Source of the DNA: a virus | Lineage: Duplodnaviria; Caudoviricetes | Length of the DNA stretch: 30,496 nucleotides | Strand: one strand, 5' to 3' | Virus record (IMG/VR): IMGVR_UViG_3300032327_000300 | Coordinates: 1 to 30,496 of that record | Made by a program: the position numbers and the translations under genes | The notes under the pieces: model-generated | Seen by the model: the letters and a program-made list of their open reading frames with translations, nothing else | Told to the model about the DNA's origin: nothing | The model's database searches: none | Shown here: piece by piece, positions 17,749 through 26,911 of the stretch | Position numbering within the stretch: position 1 is the stretch's first letter | Layout of the letters: each line of letters opens with the position of its first letter

Positions 17749-20700
17749 ATGAGTGGTGGCAAAGGCGGCGGAACAACGACTACAACCCAGTCCATTCCTA
17801 AGTGGGTTGAAGACGAATACAAGTATGTTGTTGGTCAAGCCAAGGACATCCAGAAAAACACACCCTTCACTCCATACGAAGGGGAATTTGTTGCGCCACT
17901 TTCTACTACCCAGCAGGCAGGCATTCAGAACGTCAATCAAGCGCAGGGAATGGCTCTCCCTGCGTATCAGTATGGCATGGGGCTGACATCGCAAGCCGCA
18001 CAGGGTGTTACGCCACAATTCAGCCAAGCTGGCCTCCAGCCGTATATGTCGCCATATTTGAACAATGTTGTCGGCGCGACTATGGCAAACCTGAACGAGC
18101 AGAACCGCCAGCAACAGCAACAGGCTGTCGGTTCCGCGATCCAGAAGGGTGCTTATGGCGGAGACCGCTACGGCATCCAGCAGGCGGAGATGGCCCGCCA
18201 GCAGGGTCTCGCAACGGGGCAGACCATCGGCAACCTATATCAGAGCGGCTACGGTCAGGCTCTTGGTCAATATAATCAAAACATCGCCCAGCAACAGGCA
18301 GATCAACAGCGGCGTTTGGCGGCTGGTCAGCAGTTTGCTCAATTGGGTGAAGGCGCACAGGGTTCTGTATTGCAGGGCGCACAAGCCCAGTTGATGGCTG
18401 GCGCACAGGAGCAGGCAACACAGCAGGCTTTGGATCAGGCCAAATACAATCAGTTCTTGCAACAGCAGGCCTATCCATTCCAGACCACATCTTGGCTGGC
18501 GAACATTGCGGAAGGTATTGGCTCACAGTCTGGCGGCACAAGCACGACAACTGCGCCGGGCCAGAGCGGTGCTGGCTCTTTCATTGGCCCCGTTCTTACC
18601 GCCGCCTCCATGTTCAAATGGTCTGACGAGCGCATGAAAGAAGACGCTGAAGTCGTGGGTAAAACCTTCGATGGTCAGCCAATCTACAAGTATCGCATGA
18701 AGGACGGCTCTGCTCCCGAATTGGGTCTTATGGCCCATGATGTTGAGAAGGTGCATCCAGAAGCCGTGCGGAATGTTGGCGGCTATAAGCAGGTCAATTA
18801 CGATGCCGCGACACACGATGCCGCAGAACGCGGCCACTTTGCCGCTGGCGGTGTTATTCCTATGGGCTTTGCCGCAGGTGGCAATCCTACTGCGCCGCAG
18901 TTTGGCATGATGCCTTATGTCGGCTTGGCTGGAAGCCTTGGTTATGTGCCAAATTCCAATATCCCTGTCGGCAAATCGACAATTCCAAAGCCGCCTCCAT
19001 CTCCACAGCAGGACAGCAATGCCGCGCAGATTGCCAAAGGTTTGCAGGCAATGCCTGATGCCGCAAAAAAACAACTTACCTCCAATGTGAAGGGTTTGTT
19101 TGACTCTGACGCATCAAAAATGTTTGGGCAGATGGGCGCAAAAGGTGATTTTAGCGGATTGAAAGCATCTGATGTTGCCCTTCCCAAAGATTTCTATGCT
19201 CCATCGGCTGATCCCTCTGCTTATGCTTCTTCTGGCGGGTTTGGTGATTGGCTGTCTGGCTTGTTTGGCGGCGGTGGGTTTGCAGATGGTGGTCTTGCTG
19301 GTGGTTACGCCTCTGGCGGTGTTGTGCCTCGTGGTCACTTTTTAGATGGCGGACCCGTTGATGACTTTGAGGCCCAGTTGGCTCGCATGAGAGCAACGAC
19401 TGCCGCAGTGGAAAGCAGTAACAACCCACGCATTACGGGGAAAGAAATACCATCTGGCCCATATGCTGGTGACAAGGCTTATGGTCTTTATCAGGTTATG
19501 GGGAAAAACATTCCTGATTGGACTGAAAAAGCATTGGGTCGCCGCATGACCCCAGAAGAATATCTGAATGACACAGAAGCCCAACATGCGGTCTATAACA
19601 AGATCGCTGGCGACAATCTGCGTAAATACGGAAACATCCCTGACGCCGTGTCTGTGTGGGCTTCCGGTCGCCCTCTGGGCGGCAACACAACCCGTGACCT
19701 TGTATCAGGCGTTCCCACAAGCGGATATGTCAGCAATTTCATGAAACGCATGGGCGAAAATCCAACTGGCGTTGTTGCCAATGACCCAGATATGCCTTCG
19801 CGCAAGGCCCAGCCTGCTGGCGGCTTTGTGATCCCGAACCCACCCGAAGCATGGACCCAGAAAGGTCTGGGCGAACGTCTTATGGACACTGAAGGCGCAC
19901 CCCGTTCACTGATCGAACGTGTTATCGGTTCCCCACTGTCTGATGAAGCCCGATCCGGCCTGATGGCGGCTGGCCTTGGCATGATGGCAAGCAAGGCGCG
20001 TCACGCTGGTCAACAGATCGGTGAAGGCGGTCTTGGTGGCCTCCAGACATACTACAATGCGCTTGCCAATAAGCAGGCTCAGGAAAAACAACAGGCTGAC
20101 ATTGGCTTCAAAGAGCGCGAAACGGCTGTTTCTGAAAAGCGTGTTGGTTTGGAAGAAAAGACAAAGAACCTTGAGGCTCTCAAGTTCTGGCAATCTCGCT
20201 TCATTCCAATCCCGACAGCGACAGGTGTCGTTTACCGTGACACTGTAAATGGGACTGAAATTCCAGAGGCAGAGTATCAGCGTCAGTTGCAGACGATCAT
20301 TCGTCAGTATGGTCTTTCCCCTGCCGAAGCTGGTGCATCCACATCCGCGCCATCTGGTCAGCCGCAGGTTTCACCACCAATCAAGATGGAACAGCCAAAG
20401 GTCACAACGGGCGAACCTGCTCCTACTACGACTGTGGCTCCAAAGGCTGGCGAACCAAAGCCAGAAGCGGGAAAACCAGAAGCGGGCAAGCCTGAACAGC
20501 CGCCTGTGAATGCGGATGTGTTCAAGAACGTCCACCCTGACTACAACCCCGATATCCTGCGGAACAAAGCGCGGGAGCAGGAGCAAATTGCCGCAAATGC
20601 CCAGCGCATCAAGGATGACAAGGCTGAAACATCTGCCCGCAATCTTGCCAAATATTATCGGGAAGAAGCCGAGAAGATTATGGCTGGCGATAAGAATGTT

Positions 20701-21462
20701 CGGTTTATGGATGGTTCGGTCGGCCCAGTCCCTGAACTTGCCGCCGCTAAAAATGCTCGTGTGGCTGATGAAAAATTTTCCGAGAAACAGGCAGAATCCA
20801 AGAGCAAGTTCACAGATGAGGCCAACAATTATTTGAAGTCGTATGACAGCCAACGGGCTTTGACGCAGAACCTGATCAATGTTTACCAGAAGGTTGAATT
20901 GAACAGGTTGTCCGAAGCAAAGGCCGACATGATTGGCATCATGAAGGAAATCCCCGGCGTTCGGAACTTTGTCGATGATTATATGAAGGCCCAACAGGCT
21001 GGAAATGATTTGGCAATGAAAGAAGCCGTCACATCTGCCTTCAAAGCCATTTCTGAAAATCAGGCGAACAAAGCACCCGCAACTGCATTGAAGGAAGCAT
21101 TGTTGACAGTTTCTCAGCCAAATATGGCGGCAGGAGCGAAATATGCACTGTTGACTGGTCAGTTGGCAAAGGCTGAGCAGGAAAAAGAACTGTATGAGGC
21201 TTGGATCAAAAGCGGCAAGAAAGGCGATCATGATGCTTTTGTGCAGAAGTTCCGCGATGAGCATCCTTATGAAAATTATGAAAAGGATATTGTCAACGGA
21301 ACCAAGTATTTCGCTGGCATGTCGCCGGGAGACATTGAAGTTTTGAGAAACAAACGCTCTTCCGAAACGGCTCCAGCCGCTAATCGGGCTGGCGGTATTA
21401 CTCAAGAACAAATTGATGCGGCTAGGGCTGAACTTGAACGGCGCAAGCAGGGGAGACCATAA
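17749..21462 (+). CDS. DNA ejection (pilot) polyprotein: Gln-rich N-terminus, internal S74 autocleavage domain, lytic transglycosylase, helical C-terminus (1237 aa)
   Basis: MSGGKGGGTTTTT start and Q/A/G-rich helices (YMSPYLNNVV, GAYGGDR). SDERMK at 18622, VES at ~19411, AYGLYQVM at 19477-19500. Confidence 0.8.
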   Translation: MSGGKGGGTTTTTQSIPKWVEDEYKYVVGQAKDIQKNTPFTPYEGEFVAPLSTTQQAGIQNVNQAQGMALPAYQYGMGLTSQAAQGVTPQFSQAGLQPYMSPYLNNVVGATMANLNEQNRQQQQQAVGSAIQKGAYGGDRYGIQQAEMARQQGLATGQTIGNLYQSGYGQALGQYNQNIAQQQADQQRRLAAGQQFAQLGEGAQGSVLQGAQAQLMAGAQEQATQQALDQAKYNQFLQQQAYPFQTTSWLANIAEGIGSQSGGTSTTTAPGQSGAGSFIGPVLTAASMFKWSDERMKEDAEVVGKTFDGQPIYKYRMKDGSAPELGLMAHDVEKVHPEAVRNVGGYKQVNYDAATHDAAERGHFAAGGVIPMGFAAGGNPTAPQFGMMPYVGLAGSLGYVPNSNIPVGKSTIPKPPPSPQQDSNAAQIAKGLQAMPDAAKKQLTSNVKGLFDSDASKMFGQMGAKGDFSGLKASDVALPKDFYAPSADPSAYASSGGFGDWLSGLFGGGGFADGGLAGGYASGGVVPRGHFLDGGPVDDFEAQLARMRATTAAVESSNNPRITGKEIPSGPYAGDKAYGLYQVMGKNIPDWTEKALGRRMTPEEYLNDTEAQHAVYNKIAGDNLRKYGNIPDAVSVWASGRPLGGNTTRDLVSGVPTSGYVSNFMKRMGENPTGVVANDPDMPSRKAQPAGGFVIPNPPEAWTQKGLGERLMDTEGAPRSLIERVIGSPLSDEARSGLMAAGLGMMASKARHAGQQIGEGGLGGLQTYYNALANKQAQEKQQADIGFKERETAVSEKRVGLEEKTKNLEALKFWQSRFIPIPTATGVVYRDTVNGTEIPEAEYQRQLQTIIRQYGLSPAEAGASTSAPSGQPQVSPPIKMEQPKVTTGEPAPTTTVAPKAGEPKPEAGKPEAGKPEQPPVNADVFKNVHPDYNPDILRNKAREQEQIAANAQRIKDDKAETSARNLAKYYREEAEKIMAGDKNVRFMDGSVGPVPELAAAKNARVADEKFSEKQAESKSKFTDEANNYLKSYDSQRALTQNLINVYQKVELNRLSEAKADMIGIMKEIPGVRNFVDDYMKAQQAGNDLAMKEAVTSAFKAISENQANKAPATALKEALLTVSQPNMAAGAKYALLTGQLAKAEQEKELYEAWIKSGKKGDHDAFVQKFRDEHPYENYEKDIVNGTKYFAGMSPGDIEVLRNKRSSETAPAANRAGGITQEQIDAARAELERRKQGRP

Positions 21463-23780
21463 TGGACTTCAGCAAAATGAGTGATGAGGAACTGGCAAAA
21501 ATTGCTGGCTCTTCACCTGCGCCCGCGCCAAATGTCTCTCAAATGAGCAATGAGGAATTGGCTCGTATTGCCAATACATCGCTTGCAGATCAAGAACATC
21601 AACAGCGCGTTGAGAAATACCGCCCTGCCGCCGCCGCCGAAGCACAAAGCGAATCGGGTGCAAACCTGTTGCTTCCACGCGCACAGGATGTGCCTATTCT
21701 TGGCCCCGCAATGCATCGTGGGATGGCCCGTGCCGCCACCGCATTGGGTGCTGGCGAAGGTGATACGGCTGAAGAGCGATACCGCAATTGGATGGCTCAT
21801 TCTCAAGCCAGAGAGCAGGAGCGCGAAAAGGTCAATCCAAAGTCATACAATTTCGCTCGTGGCACATTTGGTGCGGCATCTTCTTTAGCTTTGCCTGAAT
21901 TGGGCATTGAGAAGGGCGTGACACAGCTTGGGGAAATGGCGGCTCCTTTAGTTCAAAAGTATGCCCCATTTTTTGGCAAGATGGCTGAAAGTGGTGCTGT
22001 TGGCGGTCTGAGCGCGATGCCAGAGACAGTTCCGGGCGAAACACCAGAAGAAGCCGCAAAACGTGTGGCAACGGGAACTGCTATCGGCACTGTCGCGCCC
22101 GTGGCTGTCAAAGCAGTTACAACCGCTGTTTCTGCCCCTGCCAAAGCGTTGCAAAGCCTCTGGAACCCCATGTATGGGGAAGTCAATGCTCTCACCGAAA
22201 AAGCCAGTCAGGCGGCTTCTGCGGCCCCTTCTAAACGCGGTATGACAATTGAGGAATATAACGCCGCGAAGAACCGTGGCGAAGATGTTTCTATTGCGGA
22301 TATTCATGGCGCAAAGGATCGGTTGAATCAGGCGGCGGCTCGTCATCCAGAAGATCAGCGTGTTGCCGAAATCAATGACGATCTGGCTCGTCGTTTGTCA
22401 GAAAGCACCCAAAAACTGGGTCAATCAATTGATGGGGTTTTTGGCAAACCAATTGACACATTTGCATCCCGCGAAGCCGCCGCCGCAGAGGCCCGCACGA
22501 TCAATGGACCAGCCTACAAAGAAGCATTTTCTCATCCAAACGCACAAAACATTTGGAATGGTGAACTCAATTCTTTGATCAACACCAAAGAAGGTCAGAG
22601 CGCAATTGATTGGGCTGTTAACCAGTCCAACAAGGAAGCATACACCAAAGGCGCACCACCGTTTCAGAACCCATTTGTCAAAAATGACAATGGGCAGTGG
22701 GTTTTGCCGCCGAACACTGATCAGCCCAACTTGCAGTTTTGGGACTGGGTGAAGCGCGGGCTGAACGATACCACCAATCAGCAATTCATTTCTGGAAACA
22801 AATCAGCCGCCAATGCAACGGCTGAAATGACAAAGAAATTGACGGAAGACCTGAAGACCCTTGTTCCTCCATATCGTAATGCTGTGGACACCGCTGGGCG
22901 TTATATCAAGGCCGACAATGCGTTTGATGCGGGTAGCAACTTCTTTGATCTGGCAAATGTCGCTCGTCGGACGAATGACCCGTCTGAAGTGAACCGCCAG
23001 ATCAATGCGTTCAAAACCAAATTTAGCCCGCAAGAAAAGGCCAACATGGCTGAGGGTCTTGCCAACAACATCAAAGAAAACCCCGCTCAGGCGGCGAAGG
23101 TGTTTGCGGCAAACGACAAGGTAACGATGGATCGGTATAAAACCATCCTTGGTGAAGATGCCTTCAATGGGATTGATACGGCTTTGCGTATGAACCGCAT
23201 TGCCGCGATGACCAAAGAGATCGGCGCAAAGGCTGAAAACAAATCTCTTGCAAGCCAACTCGCTGTTGGCACAGGAACAGGTGCGGCTATTGGTTCTGCT
23301 GGTGCTTATGCTGTCGAGCATTTCCCTCAATTGTTGCAATATGCCAAAGACCCCGTGACCCTTTTGGGCGTATCAACCCTTGCCGCATTGGGTTGGGGGA
23401 CCAAAGGGGCTGTGAATTGGCAAACAGATCGTCGCGCAAGCACATTGCTTGATATGGCTCTGTCTGATGACCCCAAAATTCAACAGCAACTTGTGGATGC
23501 GGCGCGTGGAAATGAGCGCGTCCGTGTTGTCTTGACCAAGATGGAAGACGATCTTGCTAAATATTTTGCATCTCACCCCAGCATCGCATTGGGTCAGCAG
23601 GATCGGCAGGGACGCAAGGCAGGCGGTCGTGTGATGCGTGATGCCATTTCTCTGGCTCAGGACGCCGTTCGGACACGCAAAGCCATTGGCGGTAAAACAG
23701 AACAGATGCTGTCGATGCCAGATGATGCTATTGTCAGCGCACTTCACACCGCCAAGAAGACGCTCGGAGGTTCCATCTAA
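21462..23780 (+). CDS. Large helical DNA ejection / internal virion protein (772 aa)
   Basis: TAATG coupling. Duplicated N-terminal SxMSxEELAxIA motif, Ala/Gly-rich hydrophobic stretches; follows the pilot protein gene. Confidence 0.65.
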   Translation: MDFSKMSDEELAKIAGSSPAPAPNVSQMSNEELARIANTSLADQEHQQRVEKYRPAAAAEAQSESGANLLLPRAQDVPILGPAMHRGMARAATALGAGEGDTAEERYRNWMAHSQAREQEREKVNPKSYNFARGTFGAASSLALPELGIEKGVTQLGEMAAPLVQKYAPFFGKMAESGAVGGLSAMPETVPGETPEEAAKRVATGTAIGTVAPVAVKAVTTAVSAPAKALQSLWNPMYGEVNALTEKASQAASAAPSKRGMTIEEYNAAKNRGEDVSIADIHGAKDRLNQAAARHPEDQRVAEINDDLARRLSESTQKLGQSIDGVFGKPIDTFASREAAAAEARTINGPAYKEAFSHPNAQNIWNGELNSLINTKEGQSAIDWAVNQSNKEAYTKGAPPFQNPFVKNDNGQWVLPPNTDQPNLQFWDWVKRGLNDTTNQQFISGNKSAANATAEMTKKLTEDLKTLVPPYRNAVDTAGRYIKADNAFDAGSNFFDLANVARRTNDPSEVNRQINAFKTKFSPQEKANMAEGLANNIKENPAQAAKVFAANDKVTMDRYKTILGEDAFNGIDTALRMNRIAAMTKEIGAKAENKSLASQLAVGTGTGAAIGSAGAYAVEHFPQLLQYAKDPVTLLGVSTLAALGWGTKGAVNWQTDRRASTLLDMALSDDPKIQQQLVDAARGNERVRVVLTKMEDDLAKYFASHPSIALGQQDRQGRKAGGRVMRDAISLAQDAVRTRKAIGGKTEQMLSMPDDAIVSALHTAKKTLGGSI

Positions 23781-24385
23781 TGGTCGATACATACACGCTC
23801 ACAACCAATAAGCAGATCATCAAGCCCGACAACAACACCTATGTGAACAACTGGTCCACGCCCGTAAACAATGACTGGGACATCATTGACAAGGCCTTGG
23901 GTTCACAGGTCAGCAAGTCATCGACGGGCCTTGATGTGGCTCTATCAATCAGCGATGTGCAGAACCAGCGGGTTCTCATTCAGGGCGCATTGTCAAACAA
24001 CATTGTGGTCACGATTCCATTTATCAATGGAAGCACAACCGTTGCTGTTGGCGGTATGTGGGTTTTTGATAACCAGACAACTGGTGCATATACTGTCACC
24101 ATCAAAACGGTGGTCACGGGCAGTGTTGGGGTAACAATCGACCAACTAAAACGGTCTTTGGTTTACTCTGACGGAACCAATTGCTATTTTGCTGATGACA
24201 GAGCAGGAACAAGCCAACAGCCTGTTGGCGGTGGAACCAATAAAATCTTTTATGAAAACGATTTGACAGTGACGGACAGCTATTCAATTCCTGCCACTAA
24301 AAATGCAATGACGGCGGGTCCAATCACGATCAACTCAGGTGTTACCGTGACTGTCCCGCCGACATCTTATTGGACCATCGTTTAA
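23780..24385 (+). CDS. Short tail fibre / tail-anchored adaptor (201 aa)
   Basis: N-terminal WSTPVNNDWDIIDKAL anchor motif; C-terminal ~55-aa domain homologous to the C-terminus of the 3455 fibre. Confidence 0.7.
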   Translation: MVDTYTLTTNKQIIKPDNNTYVNNWSTPVNNDWDIIDKALGSQVSKSSTGLDVALSISDVQNQRVLIQGALSNNIVVTIPFINGSTTVAVGGMWVFDNQTTGAYTVTIKTVVTGSVGVTIDQLKRSLVYSDGTNCYFADDRAGTSQQPVGGGTNKIFYENDLTVTDSYSIPATKNAMTAGPITINSGVTVTVPPTSYWTIV

Positions 24386-24387
24386 AA

Positions 24388-24717
24388 TCATTCAGCGGCT
24401 TGCAGAGCGGCTTCGACGTCAGTCAGGAAGGCTTCCCCCACCTGCGGCATTTTCGGGGCCATAGCAAGCTCTGCGGCGATTGCAGAGTATACCGCAAGAT
24501 CGACATACGAATCCAAGTGCTGTGGGTTTGAGGTGATCCGCGCCTGCTTCAAGGCAATCATCACGATTGCAATATCGTGCGGGGTGATTGTCTTATCCAA
24601 AACCGTGCTGGAAATGGTGGCGATACGGGTAAACGATGTTCTGATTGCCCCGTATTCCTGACTGCGGTTAGCATAAGTGCGGTTGGCAAGAGCCAGAACC
24701 TCTTGTGCGGTTGTCAT
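24388..24717 (-). CDS. DUF6378-like protein (109 aa)
   Basis: SD AAGGA before the ATG at 24717. RSQEYG..SFTRIA, MIALKQARI and HLDSYVDLAVY motifs. Confidence 0.8.
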   Translation of the reverse strand: MTTAQEVLALANRTYANRSQEYGAIRTSFTRIATISSTVLDKTITPHDIAIVMIALKQARITSNPQHLDSYVDLAVYSAIAAELAMAPKMPQVGEAFLTDVEAALQAAE

Positions 24718-24728
24718 TGTATTTTCCT

Positions 24729-25094
24729 TCATCTGGGGACGATACTGCCGTCCATCTTCTTTTTGAATTTGCTGTTCTTCCCGAACGGCAGAGGCGTTTT
24801 CGAGGGCGACTTTAATCCAAGCGTGTTCGCTTTGGACCTCTTCGCCTTCGCCGCCGTTTGGTGGTCGGTTTTTGTTTTTTCTTTGGCGCAACCAAGACAT
24901 GTCAACCTAATGTTTTCATCTGTGTCCGCCCCGCCGAGTTCAAGCGCACGAACGTGTTCAAATATGAACCTGCCAGTTGTCAATTTGACATCGCAGATCA
25001 TGCATTTGCCGTGTTCCCTCTCCCAAATTGCCAGTTTGCGGCGTTGAGAGAGAGAGCCACGTTTTGTTGTGCCTACATCAGTTGGATGCGACAT
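24729..25094 (-). CDS. HNH endonuclease (zinc-binding CxxC type)
   Basis: GKCMICD, EHVRALELGGADTDENIRLTCLGCAKEKT; C-terminal KKKMDGSIVPR. Confidence 0.85.
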   Translation of the reverse strand: MSHPTDVGTTKRGSLSQRRKLAIWEREHGKCMICDVKLTTGRFIFEHVRALELGGADTDENIRLTCLGCAKEKTKTDHQTAAKAKRSKANTLGLKSPSKTPLPFGKNSKFKKKMDGSIVPR

Positions 25095-25356
25095 ATTTTT
25101 CATCGACAACCCAGAAGCGGAAAGCCTCTTTGTTCCCAATCACCCGACCGACCATCTGGATTTTGCGTTTGGATTTTTTGCGCCAATTGATAAACCCAAC
25201 ACGGATGGATGATGACGCCTTGTAGGCGCAGGTGAAACTTTGCCCGACCTTCAGTGTGGCGAAAAATTGGTCATACCGACTGCGCTTTTTCTGAAGTGGG
25301 TAGCGTGATGGCAACGGAACAGGAACGGTGTCCATTTTGACTGTTTCAATCAGCAT
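25078..25356 (-). CDS. Small basic putative DNA-binding protein (92 aa)
   Basis: SD AAGGAG before the ATG at 25356. SRYDQFFATLKVGQSF...FRFW motif; has its own upstream promoter. Confidence 0.6.
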   Translation of the reverse strand: MLIETVKMDTVPVPLPSRYPLQKKRSRYDQFFATLKVGQSFTCAYKASSSIRVGFINWRKKSKRKIQMVGRVIGNKEAFRFWVVDEKYVASN

Positions 25357-25397
25357 ATTGTTAGTCTCCTTTATGTCGTTTGGCATTAGTGCCGCTG

Positions 25398-25428
25398 TCT
25401 TTTTTAATGCTAGTCTATAAAATGTCAA
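25398..25428 (-). promoter_or_regulatory. Internal early promoter TTGACA-N17-AAAAAAGA
   Basis: TTGACA at 25428-25423 in a 75-bp AT-rich intergenic gap; same layout as the promoter at 28794. Confidence 0.55.
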
Positions 25429-25431
25429 CTC

Positions 25432-25893
25432 TTATTTCATTTTATCTTTCAATATTTGCATGTCTCTCAATTCGCACATCGGCATAACGTGCAAGAATAC
25501 GCCATTGTCCGTTAGCTTCCGTAACTGTCCACGGTGAATGATTTTCGACCATTGCCAGCCCAGCAACATGGCTCTGTCTGTCTCTGGGAAATATCGGGCC
25601 AGACAATAAATATCGGCCTTGTTTCGATTCGGTTCAGCGACAAGGTTGTATGGTTTTTTGCTGGTTTTGACGTTGATGGTATATCGTTTGCCATCAATGA
25701 ATATGTGCGAATCCTCGCCACCATCTCCGTGAACTTTGCTCTCAAAAGACGGCGCGATCCCAGTGAACTCACCAAGAGCAATCTCACCAGCCATCCAGAC
25801 GCGGACATAGTCTTTCGACCACACGCGCCCTTTGAAGCGTGGGTTTCTCTCCATATCTTTAGCCAGACGGCTGATGATTTCGTCTTTGCTCAC
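25432..25893 (-). CDS. PD-(D/E)xK nuclease-like protein
   Basis: GTG start overlaps the upstream stop. AGEIAL...DGGEDSHI...TINVKT pattern, with N at the usual D/E position. Confidence 0.6.
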   Translation of the reverse strand: MSKDEIISRLAKDMERNPRFKGRVWSKDYVRVWMAGEIALGEFTGIAPSFESKVHGDGGEDSHIFIDGKRYTINVKTSKKPYNLVAEPNRNKADIYCLARYFPETDRAMLLGWQWSKIIHRGQLRKLTDNGVFLHVMPMCELRDMQILKDKMK

Positions 25894-26228
25894 TGAAACT
25901 TGCTTCCTGCTCTGGCATTGGCCTGCTCAGACCGCCAAGCCTCGATGATGGCATCGCACCGATTACGTTCGGCCCGATAATATTCATCCAAGCGAATCAT
26001 CTCGCACTCAGCATCGACAGCCTCGGCATATCGCTGATCCGTCTCCGCATCTGCCTCGCGCAGAACGACTGATTTCTCCATTGAGTTGAGGATCAGGTTT
26101 GCCCTGACCCTCTTTCTTGCATGCTCGGCGCGGACACGATTGGCCCGCGCCTGAGCAAGATTTTCTGATGACATCGCAAGGAAGTCGAGAGCCTCCTCCA
26201 TCATCTGGTCGGTAATGAACTTAGTCAT
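25890..26228 (-). CDS. Helical coiled-coil protein, possibly a UvsY-like recombination mediator
   Basis: All-helical; READAETDQRY and IEAWRSEQANAR motifs; located in the ERF/SSB recombination cluster. Confidence 0.5.
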   Translation of the reverse strand: MTKFITDQMMEEALDFLAMSSENLAQARANRVRAEHARKRVRANLILNSMEKSVVLREADAETDQRYAEAVDAECEMIRLDEYYRAERNRCDAIIEAWRSEQANARAGSKFQ

Positions 26229-26427
26229 TTTCCACATGATCTGGATTATATGGGGCCAGAGTGATCCAGCATTCCCCATGTTCGTTGACGAGAGGCAAAA
26301 CCTCCAAGCAGACATTGATCACATCATTGTTCCGCAGGAAGGCTTTGCCGATTTTGGTTTTCCGCGTGAGGTTGTTCCGATCACGACGATAGAACAACAC
26401 CACCCATTCTTCGGTTTCATTGGTCAT
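26221..26427 (-). CDS. Hypothetical protein (68 aa)
   Basis: Tiles the leftward operon with short overlaps on both sides. Confidence 0.6.
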   Translation of the reverse strand: MTNETEEWVVLFYRRDRNNLTRKTKIGKAFLRNNDVINVCLEVLPLVNEHGECWITLAPYNPDHVEND

Positions 26428-26875
26428 ATTTTCTATGCTCTTTCATGTGGTGATCCTTGCAAAGCCAGATAACGTCCAGTTTTTTTGAATAATCAGTGTG
26501 ATGAGCATGGACTTTCAATTCACCACAAACGACACAAGGTTGTTTGATCAATTTCCCATTTCTTATTGCGGTCCTGACAGCAGTATGGGCCGCTCGTTTG
26601 CCGGGATTATTTTGAACCCATTTTTTTTGAGATTTTTTGATTTTCTCTGGGTCTTTCGGGTAAAGTTTGTTGGCTTCTTTGCGGTTTGGGTTGTTGTAAT
26701 ATCGAAAGCGGTCATAAGCACGAACATGATCGTTCTCTTTTCTATGGGCCTTCACCCTGTTTTTCACGCACTCTTTGCATTTATTCAAATAGCCATCAGC
26801 CATTCGTGCGTGAGTGTAAAATCCAGAGTGAAGGTCTTGTTCGATACCACAGCAACGACAAATCTTGGTTCCCAT
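26417..26875 (-). CDS. Zinc-finger HNH endonuclease (putative homing endonuclease)
   Basis: KICRCC...NKCKEC N-terminus; PCVVCG, HAHHTDYSKKLDVIWLCKDHH C-terminus. Confidence 0.85.
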   Translation of the reverse strand: MGTKICRCCGIEQDLHSGFYTHARMADGYLNKCKECVKNRVKAHRKENDHVRAYDRFRYYNNPNRKEANKLYPKDPEKIKKSQKKWVQNNPGKRAAHTAVRTAIRNGKLIKQPCVVCGELKVHAHHTDYSKKLDVIWLCKDHHMKEHRKYDQ

Positions 26876-26880
26876 AATAT

Positions 26881-26911
26881 CCTCTATGAGTTGGGTTTGA
26901 CCCCATAGAGG
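26881..26911 (-). promoter_or_regulatory. Hairpin sequestering the HNH ribosome-binding site
   Basis: Perfect 8-bp inverted repeat CCTCTATG (26881-26888) / CATAGAGG (26904-26911). The 3' arm on the mRNA contains the SD GAGG. Confidence 0.7.

Noticed and set aside
18622-18810. Internal self-processing domain as an intein
   Set aside because: Lacks intein blocks (N-terminal C/S block A context, TxxH, terminal HN); matches the S74 SDxRxK pattern instead.
20461-20496. 15-nt tandem repeat CCAGAAGCGGG(A/C)AA(A/G)
   Set aside because: In-frame PEAGK linker repeat; no sign of a DNA-level function.
20371-21411. 346-aa minus-strand ORF (also 13190-13915 and 22803-23339)
   Set aside because: Antisense shadows of long structural genes; no RBS or domain signatures.
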